A stretch of 64,000 nt of DNA from Ascidiella aspersa (GCA_963924565.1 OZ004609.1:28768001-28832000); one strand, 5' to 3'. Positions 11,942 to 24,369 are shown, counted from the stretch's first letter. The notes: a model not told the origin generated them from the letters alone. Numbers and translations are program-made.

Positions 11942-12060
11942 ATTTTGATACTATTATATCAGTGAAATATTTCTATCTTCTACATGTTATAAATGATAAC
12001 TCAGGTGTAGTGCCAGAATATAGTTGAAAAACAGATTCAGCCAAACCAGTCTCTCCGTTT

Positions 12061-14081
12061 CTAAATGACGGAATCAACGTTGATGTCATGGTGCGATGCC
12101 TTTCTTCTTACGTGCACATTCACGCGGTCCTTGAGGAAGTTGTTGATGAGGGCGACAAGCGAGCTGGCGATTGTGAGATAAAAGCTGGAGCCAAAAGTAT
12201 TCCCGCTTATGTCCTCAGCAGTGAAAGCGATCATTCCAGCAACAGCGGCGTCCGACACTCCTATAGTTGGGATAGGCAGTTAAAATAATATTTTATTTAA
12301 AATAGGTTACTCTGGCATATATTTTTCTAACCAACGTTTCGGCTTACTATCCGGCAAGCCTTTATCAGGGACTAACACACAAAGCCAACAGGTCGCAAAG
12401 TAAAATCACGTAAGCCGAAACGTTGGTTAAAGAAATATATGCCAGAGGAGCCTATTTTAAATATACTATGCCTGGTAGCAACAGCATATTTATTCATTAA
12501 AATAATGTTTGAGTTTTTGTGACGGTAATCACGAAGTCGCTCGGTTATCCTAATTTTGGCCATTACATTTTTTTTAAGCATGACAAATCTAGAAAAAGGT
12601 AGCGGTTACATCCCAAGTAATATTTTTGTATAGCGCAAATTAGGGCTGCGTCTGCAGAAAGGTCATGGGCAGTTTGCTTCGCAAATTCTAATGTATTCGG
12701 CTCGTTTTTAACCTTTTGAAAAACACGTCTGTTGAAGAAAAAAGAAATGTTATTTCGAGGCAGCAAGATACATAACGTCACTTTTTGTTGAATTTTTCGA
12801 CCGTTTGATGCTTCCTGGCGGGCCATGGATATTTTCAACTTTTAAAGTAATTCGCGTTTTCACGAAATTTAATCTATATGTAGTTTAATCGTTGAATCAC
12901 TTTAATTGTGTAATGGTGTTTAGTACATGAAAGCCAATACCACTTTTAAACGCATAACCGTAGCACATCAGCATTTAAATGTTATAATATCAGGCCGTTT
13001 ACTGCGTCTGCGTAGTGCGCTTTTCTGCGTTGTCAGCTGAAGACAACTTCAGGTGAATAACTCTCCTCAGAACTATTCAAATTCGCAAATCACCTGACGA
13101 GAAATTTGCTCTGGCGAAGCTTGCTAGCTCCACGCTGGTCTGAAGGCAACATTTCTCGAACGAAGTATCCGAACAGCACTTAAAGCACACTTGGACGGCG
13201 TAGAAGAACGTGAATAGAGCTGAGATGGTCGATCATAAGGCGAAGCCAAATACAGCCACCAAGCCTAAAAAAAGTAACTTTACATAAGTTGTATTTTAAT
13301 TCTGATTTTGAAGAATTAGCGGAGTTTAAGCAAAGCTATATTTGTTGCCATGAGCTTGAAATTAATTTAAAACCAAATTTGTTGGTTTTCAAGCTGAACA
13401 AAAGTACGTGAGGAAGTGAAATTAATTTATGTCCTTGTGTGAGGTGTGGTTATTTTCGGTTAACCAAGCAAGAAATGTCTCTGTTTGTCACTGGTTGGTC
13501 ACCAACCAAACCATAGCCTATTTTTTACTTGCCTTCCCTGTTGCTTTCATCGATAAAACCATTGATAAACCCGTAGAAAAGCCCGATCTGAACTTGGACG
13601 TAAGAAGCTTGGGTGGAGGCTGTAAGATTTGTCATCAAGTCACTTGGGTCTTGTGCGTAGACAGCCGCGTCCGAACTTTTGGAAGAGAAGTATGCGAAAA
13701 AAAAATATAATGGTTAGTTGGGTTACTTGTTTAAGGTCACAAATTGAAACAGTATAGGTCCAACACTTTGAACACAGTCTACAGTAAGTCAGTAATACAT
13801 TTGTTTCTAAACGAGCCAATACAGTTCGAATAAACCGGCGTTCGTTAAAAACGCATCCACAAATATGCGGTTCTATTCGTCGGTAAAGGGCTATTATTTT
13901 GTTTTTTGCCCGGTAAGAACACGCCAATACTTACGCGGTGATGTTGCCGACTGCCGACGATATTGTGTGGCATCGCAAGAGCGACACAGTTCATGACGAG
14001 CTGCGTTAATGCCAGGACCGGAAGGAGCACCATTTGCCATTTCACGTTTCCCCAGCAAACTTCGTTGTTTTCGTCAGCCAT
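12061..14081 (-). pseudogene. Disabled paralog of the claudin/clarin-like tetraspan gene
   Basis: Exons 14081-13935, 13675-13533, 13264-13094, 12260-12061 match the gene at 5591-7807. Lesions: a 7-bp tandem duplication TGCCGAC x2 (13945-13958) shifts the frame, giving a stop at 13640; an in-frame TGA lies at 13235-13233. The intron 2 donor is GC (AAG|GCAAGT). Confidence 0.85.
12294..12463 (-). mobile_element. Palindromic Penelope-like remnant with degenerate hammerhead core
   Basis: ~54-bp inverted arms (12294-12347 / 12410-12463). Minus strand reads CC-CTGATAA-AGGCTT..AAGCC-GAAAC-GTT-GG, a hammerhead layout with CTGATGA changed to CTGATAA. Confidence 0.6.
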
Positions 14082-14628
14082 CTTTCAGGTAAACTATGCA
14101 AAAAATGTCAAAACCCCTGAAACCTTAAGAGTTTTGTGAACGTTCGTGTTGACAATAGAGTTGGGGACGGTTTGCACAATTACCTCCCTTTGTAAATTAA
14201 CAGAAAACTTTGTTAAATTGATTTTAAATTAAGAGATTTTAAGATGTTTGTGGTAGCTTTGTTGATGGAAAGTTGTATTGATACGTGAAACAGGTATATG
14301 CATTTAAAGTTGATTATTATAAATGCTCATGATTATCAACCGAATAAATCTAACTTATAATGCATGTATGCCACAACATATATCAGTGAACTTCGATTTT
14401 TGCCTTTATCACTTCGTATAATTACGTGTACGTTGACTGTAATAGTTGGGTAGACTAAGCACTGATCTGAAATTGAGCTTGGCAATGAACTGCAAATTCA
14501 AAAAGATCGAGTATATCGACATCATCTAGTATCATCTTCAGTTAATCTAAGTTCGTATCGGAACGTCTTAATTAGGATGATGGCAATCTACGCGACTTTT
14601 ATCGCTTTTTAATTCCTTAAGTGTAATA

Positions 14629-15064
14629 ACTAAGGCGAATATTTTTGACCAAAAAAAGAGGAAATTTTTACCTAAAACATTAAAATTTTGACAAATTTTG
14701 ACCTGAAAATAATTTATTTTAACAAAATTTTGACCTGTTAGAAATACATTGATTTAAATAGCCTATAGGCGTCGTTAATCACGCGTTTTTATACTGTTGT
14801 TCTAATGAAGATATAATACGGTTAAAATAACTTTGAACTTATATCAAAACCAAGTTTTTTTGATAAAATGAAACATAAATTTCAAAATAACCGAACGACC
14901 AATTTCAAAAAGCTGACTTTAGTTTGTTTTTAATTTTGTAAGCGATTTATGTGCAATTTTATTCGGTTTTAACTTACAAAAATATTAACAAATTTTGACC
15001 TAACGTGAAAATTTTGACAAAATTTTAAATTTTTTTGACAAGTCAAAAAAATATTCGCCTTAGT
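14629..15064. mobile_element. MITE with ~21-bp TIRs and 4-bp TSD
   Basis: ACTAAGGCGAATATTTTTGAC ... GTCAAAAAAATATTCGCCTTAGT, flanked by AATA on both sides; internal AAATTTTGAC repeats. Confidence 0.8.
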
Positions 15065-15974
15065 AATAACATTTGCCTTTCGAAACGATAGAAACTAGCT
15101 TTGTCTAAATTGGAAGAAACAGTACCCATGTAACTAACTTATGCACTTGTGTTATACACTGACTACGATTAGCAAAAGTACCCAAACTCAAACACATTTT
15201 TCAATGAACCTATGCTCCACAATATATACCACGCCTCAGGTTATCTGCTTTAACCTGTGCTATTTCCTGTTTTGTTGTACGATGCTGGCAAATTCCTTTT
15301 CTTTCTCTAGTTCCTCTTTTTGTGCTTCGTTGAAATTCAAGCTAGGTACACAATGGCACACATGATAGGTGTCTGGACGGGGATTGAAACAGTATATTTT
15401 GTGGGGAAAAATAACTACATGACAAAGCTAAGTCCTACAAGGCTGCGTTACCGGCGAAGGTGGCAAATGTTCTAAACGCAAGACTCACAAAGGCACCCAT
15501 GGTTGAAACTGTTTTGCTTTCGCAAAAAGGCTCTAAAAAAAATATTACTTTCACGTCAATATCAGCTAACATTTTTGTTATTTTAATCACTGACGTTAAC
15601 AAACACGAAAATTCACCTTAAAGTTTTAACCAATTTTTTTATTTTGTTTAGCGCATTAGAAAATATGTTTTACCAAATTAACCACTAGTCTTAAATAACT
15701 ATAAAACAAACAAATGTCGTACTTCATTTAATATGAGACTTGTAGTCTGTCTTTTTGTGGTCGATAGGCGGCTTACTGTTAAACCTGAAAATCGTTGTTC
15801 GGGTGCAGTTAGACGATTCCGGTTCTTTAAACTTATATTGAACGTAATCGAATTTAAAAAATATTTCCTTAGGAACAACGATGCTCTTTGCTCTGTTATT
15901 AAACTCACGCCAGCCTTACTGTATGATTTTAGCAAACTGGACAACCGAAAAATAAGATATAGGCTTAGCCGCAC

Positions 15975-16384
15975 CAGGGCAGCAAAGTCGGAGACGGATT
16001 CAGGATTCGTGACTCGAAGGAGTTGGTTAAATTCATTGAACTCGGAATTGGCGATTAGAGTACGAAAAACAACTCGTGTCCCGAGTTCGACGTGTTCGCA
16101 CGCGCGGTAATGCACATTCGAGACCGAAAAGGCCGTAAATTGTAAAGATTGAATAGCATATTATGATGGATTAAATTACAAACACTAAATGTTATTGTAG
16201 GTGTATGAGGTATATGACACCCATTATAAAGGAGTTGATGTATACCCGCCACCTTTTATTTACGGTACGTAAAGGTTTGAAAACAGGCTGTACAGTCCGA
16301 GTCGGACTCGGTCTTTTTTATCGACTTCAGACGTTTTTAGATTGCGGTTACTCGAGTCGCTATCTATCCAAGACTGCAGCCCCG
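15975..16384 (+). mobile_element. CAGGGCTGC-family MITE
   Basis: CAGGGCAGCAAAGTCGG ... CTGCAGCCCCG. Internal GTTATTGT.GGTGTATGAGGTATATGACAC is shared with 26921-28134, which also shares the upstream flank. Confidence 0.65.
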
Positions 16385-16525
16385 AACTGAACGTTGACAC
16401 CTTGTTAACACCGCTGCACCTGTTCAACAATTGAAGATGTTAAATAATGCCCCTACTTTCGAAACTCAGACTGATCACAATTGCGTCCCATCTCTTATGA
16501 GTGATGCTTAAAATGCCTCTCAGTC

Positions 16526-16570
16526 ACATGAACTGATGATGATACAAGCTTGTATCGAAACGTCTTAATC
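16526..16570 (+). ncRNA. Minimal type I hammerhead ribozyme motif (Penelope/retrozyme type)
   Basis: ATGAA-CTGATGA-T-GATACAAGCTTGTATC-GAAAC-GTC-TTAAT. Both core boxes are intact, stem II is a perfect palindrome, stem III is a minimal ACGT palindrome, and the cleavage triplet is GUC (cut after 16564). Stem I pairs at 4/5 positions. Confidence 0.65.
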
Positions 16571-17469
16571 AAGATGCTGTCGATTTGCTTGACCTTTTTG
16601 GCTTTGCAGTTTATTATCAAGCTATATGACCGTTTTGCTATTTTACAATTCTGTTATTATTGCCTTTTTGGTGTTGAAAAAATTTGTGGCTCTCTGGTCC
16701 TCATATTTTTCGGAAATGGCTCTTACCATTAAATACATTTGCCCACCCCTGCTCTAGACTAAGTGATCCTCTTTATGACCCAGCCAAACAACGCAATTTT
16801 CTGTTTCTCACACTCCTATCAAAAGTAACCAACTACACCATAAAATTAATTTCTCGCCAGCTGTAGCGTAATTTGCAACATATTTTACGCTACATGGTAA
16901 AATGAGAATACGGTAAAATAAGTCACGTATTTCCTATACCTAGACTACAATTGACTGGTGGCCAAAAAGGCAAATCGCCCTTTACAAAAATCCGGTAAAT
17001 TGTTTGAGGATAGACGCAAAAAACTGTTTAGTCACTTCACTGTGTGCTACGTCCTAAAGTTCGTCGTAGTGTAGTTGCTTTCCGCTAACGCAGTTATGAT
17101 TAAAGTCTTTTTGCAATCTATGTTGTCTGCAAGTTCATTTTTAATACGACATTTCCTGCATTACCGGTCATTCAAACGTCTTGGATATTTTTTCATCATT
17201 GCTTAAATAGTGTTTTGAAGTATTGTTGCAGACGTTGCAACCGGGCAGTACAACGAGGTTCCTCAAGAGTCGTTCGTTCCTCCAAGACAACAAATACCTG
17301 ATCTATCTTCGCTGTACTGAACATCACGTTCGATTAATATATTGCGCACATCAATTATCGTGCTCCGGTTGCTAATAGGTTCTTGGTTTCATAATTGTGG
17401 AACACTTTAAAGAAGAAGAGTGGTTTATCACAGACTTATATTCTATGTCAAGTTTATTTTGTTCCATTT

Positions 17470-17710
17470 TGCAGCACCAGGGCTGTTAAAACATGAATAC
17501 CCTTTTATTTTTTTTATCAAAGGAAGTTACATCCGCAATACTTTTCGGGCCAAAAGAGCAGCTCGTGCGTCCTACCAGAAGTGCATCCAGCCAATCATCA
17601 ATATCTTAGGGTGTCCGCTGACCCAAAGTAAGATAAACGTTTTCCTTATTCAAGAATAGTTGCTTTTATACCTTGAAATTCAATAGTAAGGCGATAAGGG
17701 CAAAATTCTG
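17470..17710 (-). pseudogene. Second copy of the decayed coding-like segment (paralog of 9485-9730)
   Basis: Reverse complement aligns with 9485-9730. The 5' side abuts the Penelope-like insertion at 17730. Confidence 0.5.
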
Positions 17711-17729
17711 GCATTAAAGTTATATTTGG

Positions 17730-17852
17730 AACACTGTATACGGATCTGTTCATAAGTTTAATGGTGAAAATAACGGCCCAAATAGACATAAAAAGAGACA
17801 TGCTTTATTATTCAAACGTTTCGGCAAATGCTCATGCCATCATCAGTGATAT
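17730..17852 (-). mobile_element. Penelope-like short repeat carrying a minimal hammerhead ribozyme (17811-17852)
   Basis: Minus strand: ATCA-CTGATGA-T-GGCA-TGAGCATT-TGCC-GAAAC-GTT-TGA. The ~120 bp are nearly identical to 37942-38062. Confidence 0.7.
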
Positions 17853-18044
17853 CACATCGAATTTTTTTCAGCGCTCAAATAATTATTAAATCAACACACA
17901 ATATTAGGGTTAGGGTGCGGGTTAGCGTTTGGGTTCGGGTTGATCAAGTATTATCGATTTATTTAACATGTTTTTTTTGTTCGTTTGTTTTTCTAAATTT
18001 GTGCCAATATTTTTATTTTATCTATGCGGGGAGATCATCTAAAG

Positions 18045-19092
18045 CAGTGGTCGGCAAACGCCGGTCCGCGAGGAGTTTGTTACCGGTCCGTAGCAGGGTT
18101 GACAGATTAAAATTTTGACTTAAACCCGAACAGTACGTAGAAACCTTGAATGAGTCAAAAACATTTAAATGTATTTTTATACTAAAAACACATTAACTTT
18201 CGTTTAAATATACTCAATGGTTGATTAGTATGAAAAAAAAATCACAATTAGTATCGAGCTCTCGTGAGGTTCAAAGCAAATAATGTGCTGTGGCCACAAC
18301 ATCCAAAAATGCATAGTTATATTGCAAAATCTAACTCCTAGTACTTACAGTATATCCAAAAATGGGCTAAAAATCAGATTTTTATGTTCAAGCGCGCTCA
18401 CACTAAAGTGCAATCCAATAAATTCATACAAACAATGTTTATAAACAATGTCCCATTATGAAATGATTTTTTATTTTAATGTTTAAGCAGGAAAGGTTTC
18501 GAAAACACATCGGCATTTTAATTAGTTTTAGCAATTTTTAGCCTCTATAGTTTTAACCCTTACAATTTTAGTTTTAGTCTTCATAAAAATAACGGAAAAA
18601 AGCCCAAAGGCTTAATAAGTTTTCTGACATCAACCACTTTCAAAAAAGCCATTTTTTCGAAAATTGTTTTCAAAAAAGTCAATTTGGCAAGCCTTTTGCG
18701 TATGTCCATCCTATGTTTTTCAGGTGTCTGTCTGTGGTTCGTACTTTTTCATTTTGCCTTCATTTTTTGTGAGTTTTTGTATTACGTAACTATAGAAAGT
18801 GTTGTGTAAGGCCTGGTCAAAAAAAAGAATCTGAAAAACATTATTAATATATATACTACCAAGTGTGACTTAATATCTTCACTTTGATAAGCTGGTGCGG
18901 CCAACGGGTTTCATTAAGTTCAATATGTTCTAGATGGGAACATCTCTTTGCGGCAAAACAAGCTTAAAGTTCATATAGAAAAAAATTATAATAAATTCTC
19001 TTTACTGAACATTTGTTGCTTTTTTAAGCCGGTCCGCGACAAAATTTCAGTTTTAAACCGATCCGCATTGCAAAAAAGGTTGCCGACCCCTG
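18045..19092. mobile_element. Non-autonomous hAT element, ~1.05 kb
   Basis: TIRs CAGTGGTCGGCAA / TTGCCGACCCCTG; 8-bp TSD ATCTAAAG / ATCTAATG; GGTCCGC subterminal motifs; no transposase ORF. Confidence 0.85.
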
Positions 19093-19851
19093 ATCTAATG
19101 ACCCAATTAGTGCATTGCCGCGACCTCAAGGTATAAAAGTCAGCCTAGCTTTTTGCTCAGAACTGCACTAATTTCTGACGGATCCGGTAAAATCTTGCTC
19201 AACATAAAAAGAGGTGGAGAAATGAAGTATAATGCGACAGTACATAAGTATCGAAAAATGGAGGTACCAACCGCTATTTTTCTACAGTATTTCCTAACAT
19301 CGTAGGTTTATGCAAATATTGTTACCGCAACTAGGTAAAAATGCCGTTTTTTTTAACTCTGAAGCATTATACTGATGCCAAACCGAATCATTGTGTGATT
19401 CCATTCGATAAATGACACGACGTACCAGGGCGTTGCAACGCACAGTTTGAAAACCAGGAGATAATACAGTTGTGGCATACAGTTTGTCATTGGGCTTATG
19501 ACATCCAGCATTTTTAAATACTTTGATAAGCCACTTAAAACGGCTTGCATAAAATAATCAATTATATGAGAGAATTAAAGATTTCGTGCAGTTGCACGCT
19601 GTATCTAACTGTTGTAGAATAACATATTGGTAACCTGGGTTCGGATCAAGTAAGTTCGGTTTTTTGCAAGTGTAAAAATAAGAAAAGCGAAAATCATTTG
19701 TTCATTGCATTTATTAATATTTTTTCATGGACAGAAAATGAAATAACTATAAAAATGTGACTTATAAAAAAGCAAACTAACATTTAAAGGTCGTTTTAGT
19801 TTCCAAATGTTTTTAGTCTGTTTATTTGGTAGTCTACCTTCTCGATTTAAA

Positions 19852-21826
19852 TCAAAGCCAGGATGGCTTAGAAAACCCAAAAAGCTCGTAGTCCCTTCTA
19901 TACTTTTCGAATAATTTTAGGGCCAATTCCTTTGGAATGTCTTTAAACTGTCGTTCAACTTTAGCGTAATCAGTCTTGTAATGGCTTTTAGGAAAAAAGG
20001 CTTGACTATCAAAATCGCTAATATTCAACCGTTGCTTAAGGTACCGGATATCGTCGTTTAAAGTGTCGAATTTCACAATATAGTCGTATTTAACATGACA
20101 TGGTTGGCATTTGGAGTCAAAAAAGGCCCAATGCAGGTCGCTACTCTTTGAAAGAATCAGGAAATTTAGAAAGTCCTCAAATGTGGCTGTGCCGTCTCCG
20201 GTTACGTTACGTTCTTCCGGTCTGTGCCTCAAATGACGAAATTCCTTGTTAACTCGTCTTGATATGCCTTCGTAAATATTGTTGAAGTCGGGACTAACTA
20301 CCGTCAATTTGTCGTGGTAAGCAGAAACCAGTCGACTAAGAGGCTCGCGAACTGTGATGATCTGCAATATTAAATGGAGTGATATTTTATAAATATTCAC
20401 CATAAAAGTTTAGCAAACATGCCAGCTGTCCTGCTTAATTGTTTTATATAAAATCTATTTTTACATTTTGTCTTTTAGGAGGCACATTTAAACCTAGCTT
20501 TGATGTATTGGTGGGCCTGATTGTATCTTGTGGACATTATACAGACTAAAATAAATGCAGCATTTTTCCACTGTAATATTCAGTCATCTGGAAGCATTGA
20601 AAATAAAAATAAAGTAATAGGAACTTATTTTTTCTTATTTTATTTTATAAAATTATAATTAAAATTTCTAAAAAACAACTCTGTTCAAAAAAGTAAATAA
20701 CGAACCTAAATGTTCATAAACATATTGTTTTCCGTAACATATTTTCGATTACATTAACTAATAACCAGTAGCATGTTAAGCTTACCGAAAACGTTTCATC
20801 GTTCCACAGTGCTTTTGCTGTTTGTATATCTTTGTTGAATCCGAAGCTAGCCTGTGTTTCTCCTAGTTTCCTAGCTTTGTAGGAGTGCATCTCTTTATTG
20901 AAGTACTGTTCCATGCTGTAGTATCCCTCCATGACAAGCACTGCCTCCAACCAGCTGGTGTATCCGCATTTAAAAATTACACACACAGCACACTGAAAAT
21001 AAAACAGTTGATGTCATCGATTGAGAGATGAAGTTTTCACGACAGAATTTCTGTTAGTTTATTACCAGGGTAACGAAGCGATCTTATGTGCGCTAATTTA
21101 GTTTATGCTACGAGGGATAAATAATTTAAAGACGCGGTGACTTAAGAGTGGTTGACTGGTCATGATAATTCTTCCTAATCTGTTTTTCTTGATCGCCGAA
21201 TATCTTCAACAAAAAACTTGCATAAACAAACGTCAACTGCACGCTTGCTTAAGTTAAAAAAAACACCACTAACAACCAAGTTTGATTTTACATTGCTTTA
21301 GATTATTAGGAGAACAACTGCGAACAGTACACCATTTACACAGTAGACTTAAATCTGGTAGAGTTACTTAAGTTGTGACGTATTTGTATTAGAGCAAAAT
21401 AAGTTAATACATCGGGCATGCTGACATACGTTGAATAATATTGATCCAAATAGCACTTACTTTGTATTTACTGGAGTATAATGCGTTAAGTATTGGTCCA
21501 TCTGTTATGCCAGGAAATCCGGGATTCGATTTTGTGCAAGCATTGAGTAGCGTGGATTTTCTCTCAAACTGAATCGCATCCATCAGGCGAACAAACATTT
21601 CGTCGTTTAGCTGGCAATTTTCTTTCACTATTGCTTTGCTGATTGGTGATTTGCCATCAGTTTCATATGTTCCATTTAAGTTTGTTTGTCTCTCATCAGA
21701 TTTGTTATTTTCACGTTGAGTTGGGTTAATTGTAGGCATAGGTGTATATTGCAGAACTGTTATGCAGCATCCAATCATAAATACTGGCGTAAAACACAGC
21801 AGTAGTGCTTTTACTTTGGTGTGCAT
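19852..21826 (-). CDS. Golgi carbohydrate sulfotransferase (HNK-1ST/CHST8-14 family, Sulfotransfer_2), 3 exons, 360 aa
   Basis: Exons 21826-21461, 20992-20786, 20361-19852, all phase 0 and GT-AG. Features: N-terminal signal anchor; 5'-PSB-like CVIFKCGYTSW; 3'-PB motif VREPLSRLVSAY; ATFEDF; HW..C.PC..YDYIVKFDTL; C-terminal YRRDYELFGF. Confidence 0.92.
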
Positions 21827-21958
21827 ATTTCTACCGATAAACCAGTGTTGCCTTTTGGTTTCTCAGGACGAACGTTACAAGTTTTCCTGAAAAATATAAA
21901 TAGAACAAATGTTGCCACCTATAAATCTGACAACTCAATGGAAATCGCTACTGATAAA

Positions 21959-22025
21959 AGTTTAATCACAGTTTACCTAAAACAGTAATAGTTAGTTTAA
22001 TCACAGTTTACCTAAAACAGTAATA
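21959..22025. repeat. 35-bp-period tandem duplication upstream of the sulfotransferase
   Basis: AGTTTAATCACAGTTTACCTAAAACAGTAATA occurs twice. The paralogous region at ~80-110 has a single copy. Confidence 0.8.
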
Positions 22026-22126
22026 AAAAATGAAATGCTCCTTAAAAATAGCGATTCAAGATTCACGGCAAACTATGCTTTACGCCCTATATATTATACC
22101 GAAAAATATCTAACTACGGTTTAGGT

Positions 22127-22580
22127 CAGGGGTGTCCAACCGATACATGCCGGCGTGCCAATTTTTATCGTATAACTTCTTCCCGTGTCAAAGTTTAATA
22201 ACTAATTCTTTCTAATATCAAAAGGGATTTTTTACAAATAATAAAAACGCTTATTTATATTAAAAACATTTGTTTATTTAATCAAGCAAACCATTCATAG
22301 ATTGACCAAAACTGCTTTGCAAACGTTTGTTTTCAGCCAAACTCTAAAGATATTGATTGGCCTTTTAAGCTGTGTAGTAGCAATGTGCATTACTGCATCT
22401 AAGGTCCGTCGGTGAGCTGACATTTGCTTCCTGTTTCTTCAGACAAAGCTTTATTATTATGTGAATGCTAGCCTGTCCTTCACTGCAGTGACAAATTTAG
22501 TATTTTTGTTTGAGGACTTGCGTGCCATTATTTAGGTCTTTTTTATAAAACTTCAGTTTATCTCGTGTTGGACACCCCTG
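22127..22580. mobile_element. hAT-type MITE, 454 bp
   Basis: Perfect 14-bp TIRs CAGGGGTGTCCAAC / GTTGGACACCCCTG. TSD eroded (GTTTAGGT / CTTTAAGA). Confidence 0.8.
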
Positions 22581-23004
22581 CTTTAAGATGTCAATTTGAT
22601 CAAGTCATATTATCCATTGCTGTAAGCTGTACGCAAACAAGGTTACATTGTGTCCGTTAGTCTGACTCCAGTCTAATATCGCAGTCATTTAGGAGAGCAG
22701 ATTGATGGCTTCCCCGAAAAGATTTGAAAATCTCGTGCTGTGTATATCGTCCAGCTATTGTTCTATGAACCGCTGTCATATAAAAAAGATGTAGAGTAGC
22801 ACACATTCAACAAAAAGAGATACTATTCTAAACGTTGTGTATTTAGGAGCACGTGTTACTATATGATACAAGTTCTTTGCCACCGTGTTTCACAAGAAGT
22901 ACCATACCTATGTTTAAAAAAACACCTTAAAACGAGAAAATTTGACCGACAAAACTAACATTTTGACTCCTCCCATTTTTTTATGTATCGAATAATAGTT
23001 TAAC

Positions 23005-23717
23005 TGTTACATCGCAAATCTACATTTTTGTAAACTGTTCCCCTTTCCGTGTAATTTAAATGGTTAAAAACACCGCCTCATGCGGTCACGATGTCGCCTC
23101 TTTTTTTTTTGTTGGAAACGTAGCCGTTTTGTTTGCTGAGTTTTTAAGCTGCTAATGTTTTAATGTTAATGCCTTTGCAGAAGTAATTTAAAACCTAAAT
23201 TTTAAACTGTGTGAAGTTACATTTTCTGTGTATTTGAACGCAAGCTGATATTTTGGTAAGTGTTGTGTTGACTGTTGTAAGTGAACATGTAAACATAACT
23301 CAGTGTGTAGTAATTGTCATTATTGTTCATTGTTACGGCAATTGTTTTCATTGTGCCAACAATAACTAACCTAAATATCATGTTATTATTACAGTTTGGC
23401 TTCGTACCGACACATATTTAATTGAAGACCCAGGCACAAACGTTTCGGTGAGATTTGTGCTATTTGTTGTTTTGTATTGAAATATGTATATAAAATTTGC
23501 CTATTCGTTGATTTTAGAAAACCGCTCACTCGCCTACATAATTGCTTGTCCTGCCATTTCAAGCCTTTAAAGCGTGTCAATAATAAAGTTTTGGTTAGAT
23601 GCTTTTGTGGAATCTTTGGGGGAGAGAACTGTGTAGGAGGGCTCGTTTTTGAATCGTCAAACCTGAAGTACCCGTTTGGGCGTCTGCGTAGGCCTGGACG
23701 TAGAAGTAGACGCTACA
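23005..23717 (+). mobile_element. Solo LTR (713 bp)
   Basis: TGTTAC...GCTACA termini; perfect 5-bp TSD TTAAC (23000-23004 / 23718-23722); AATAAA at ~23582; near-identical inverted copy at 27134-27901. Confidence 0.88.
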
Positions 23718-24369
23718 TTAACTTTAATTTAAAATTATGTGTTAAATTATAGTGTTACATCGATAGACCGAGGATGTATATCTTTTGATATTACGTCAGT
23801 CGATTGAATGGCGCTTTAAGACGGGCCGTGCAAGGTGTTACTCTTATTGTGGAAATTGGCGCGCAGCATATGCAACAATCAGCAACTAACAGCACGAGGA
23901 CATGTGGGTGCACTGTGCACACATCTGAATTGTTATGTTGCATTGTACTTTTTCGAAAAAAAGCTAATTGTGTTAGGATTCCCAACCTAAAAGGCAGCGG
24001 TTCCCAACCTGGGGCCATGAGCTGAATTTAGGTAGGATCCCGAACCTTGTGTGTGCACAAAGGTTTAACTAAAGACCTTAAAACATAAAAAATAGCATTG
24101 AACTATACCTTGTTCTCGTGAAAAGGCCAATAAAATGCAAATATCTACAATGACTTTTATATATATTTTTTCTTAAGAGGGAATTTAGAGTACATTTAAT
24201 TTATTTGGCATTGGCTTGTTTCGTTAAAGCTTTGCCTAAACACAGGGCTGTAAGAAAAATAGTTTTCCTACAGGAACGATGAAAATTGAGAAACGACCTC
24301 ACAAGTCACATCTAAACCAGGCGTCTGAAACGAGTACCGGTAACCTAGAAAACCTTTATAGCTAATCGT

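Noticed and set aside
13233-13235. In-frame TGA as selenocysteine or readthrough
   Set aside because: The paralog has Met at this position within a transmembrane helix, and the same copy has an independent frameshift; simple pseudogenisation explains it.
17885-17950. Interstitial telomere
   Set aside because: Only degenerate GGGTTAG units embedded in a dispersed repeat arm also seen at 28.6-29.4 kb; not a (TTAGGG)n array.
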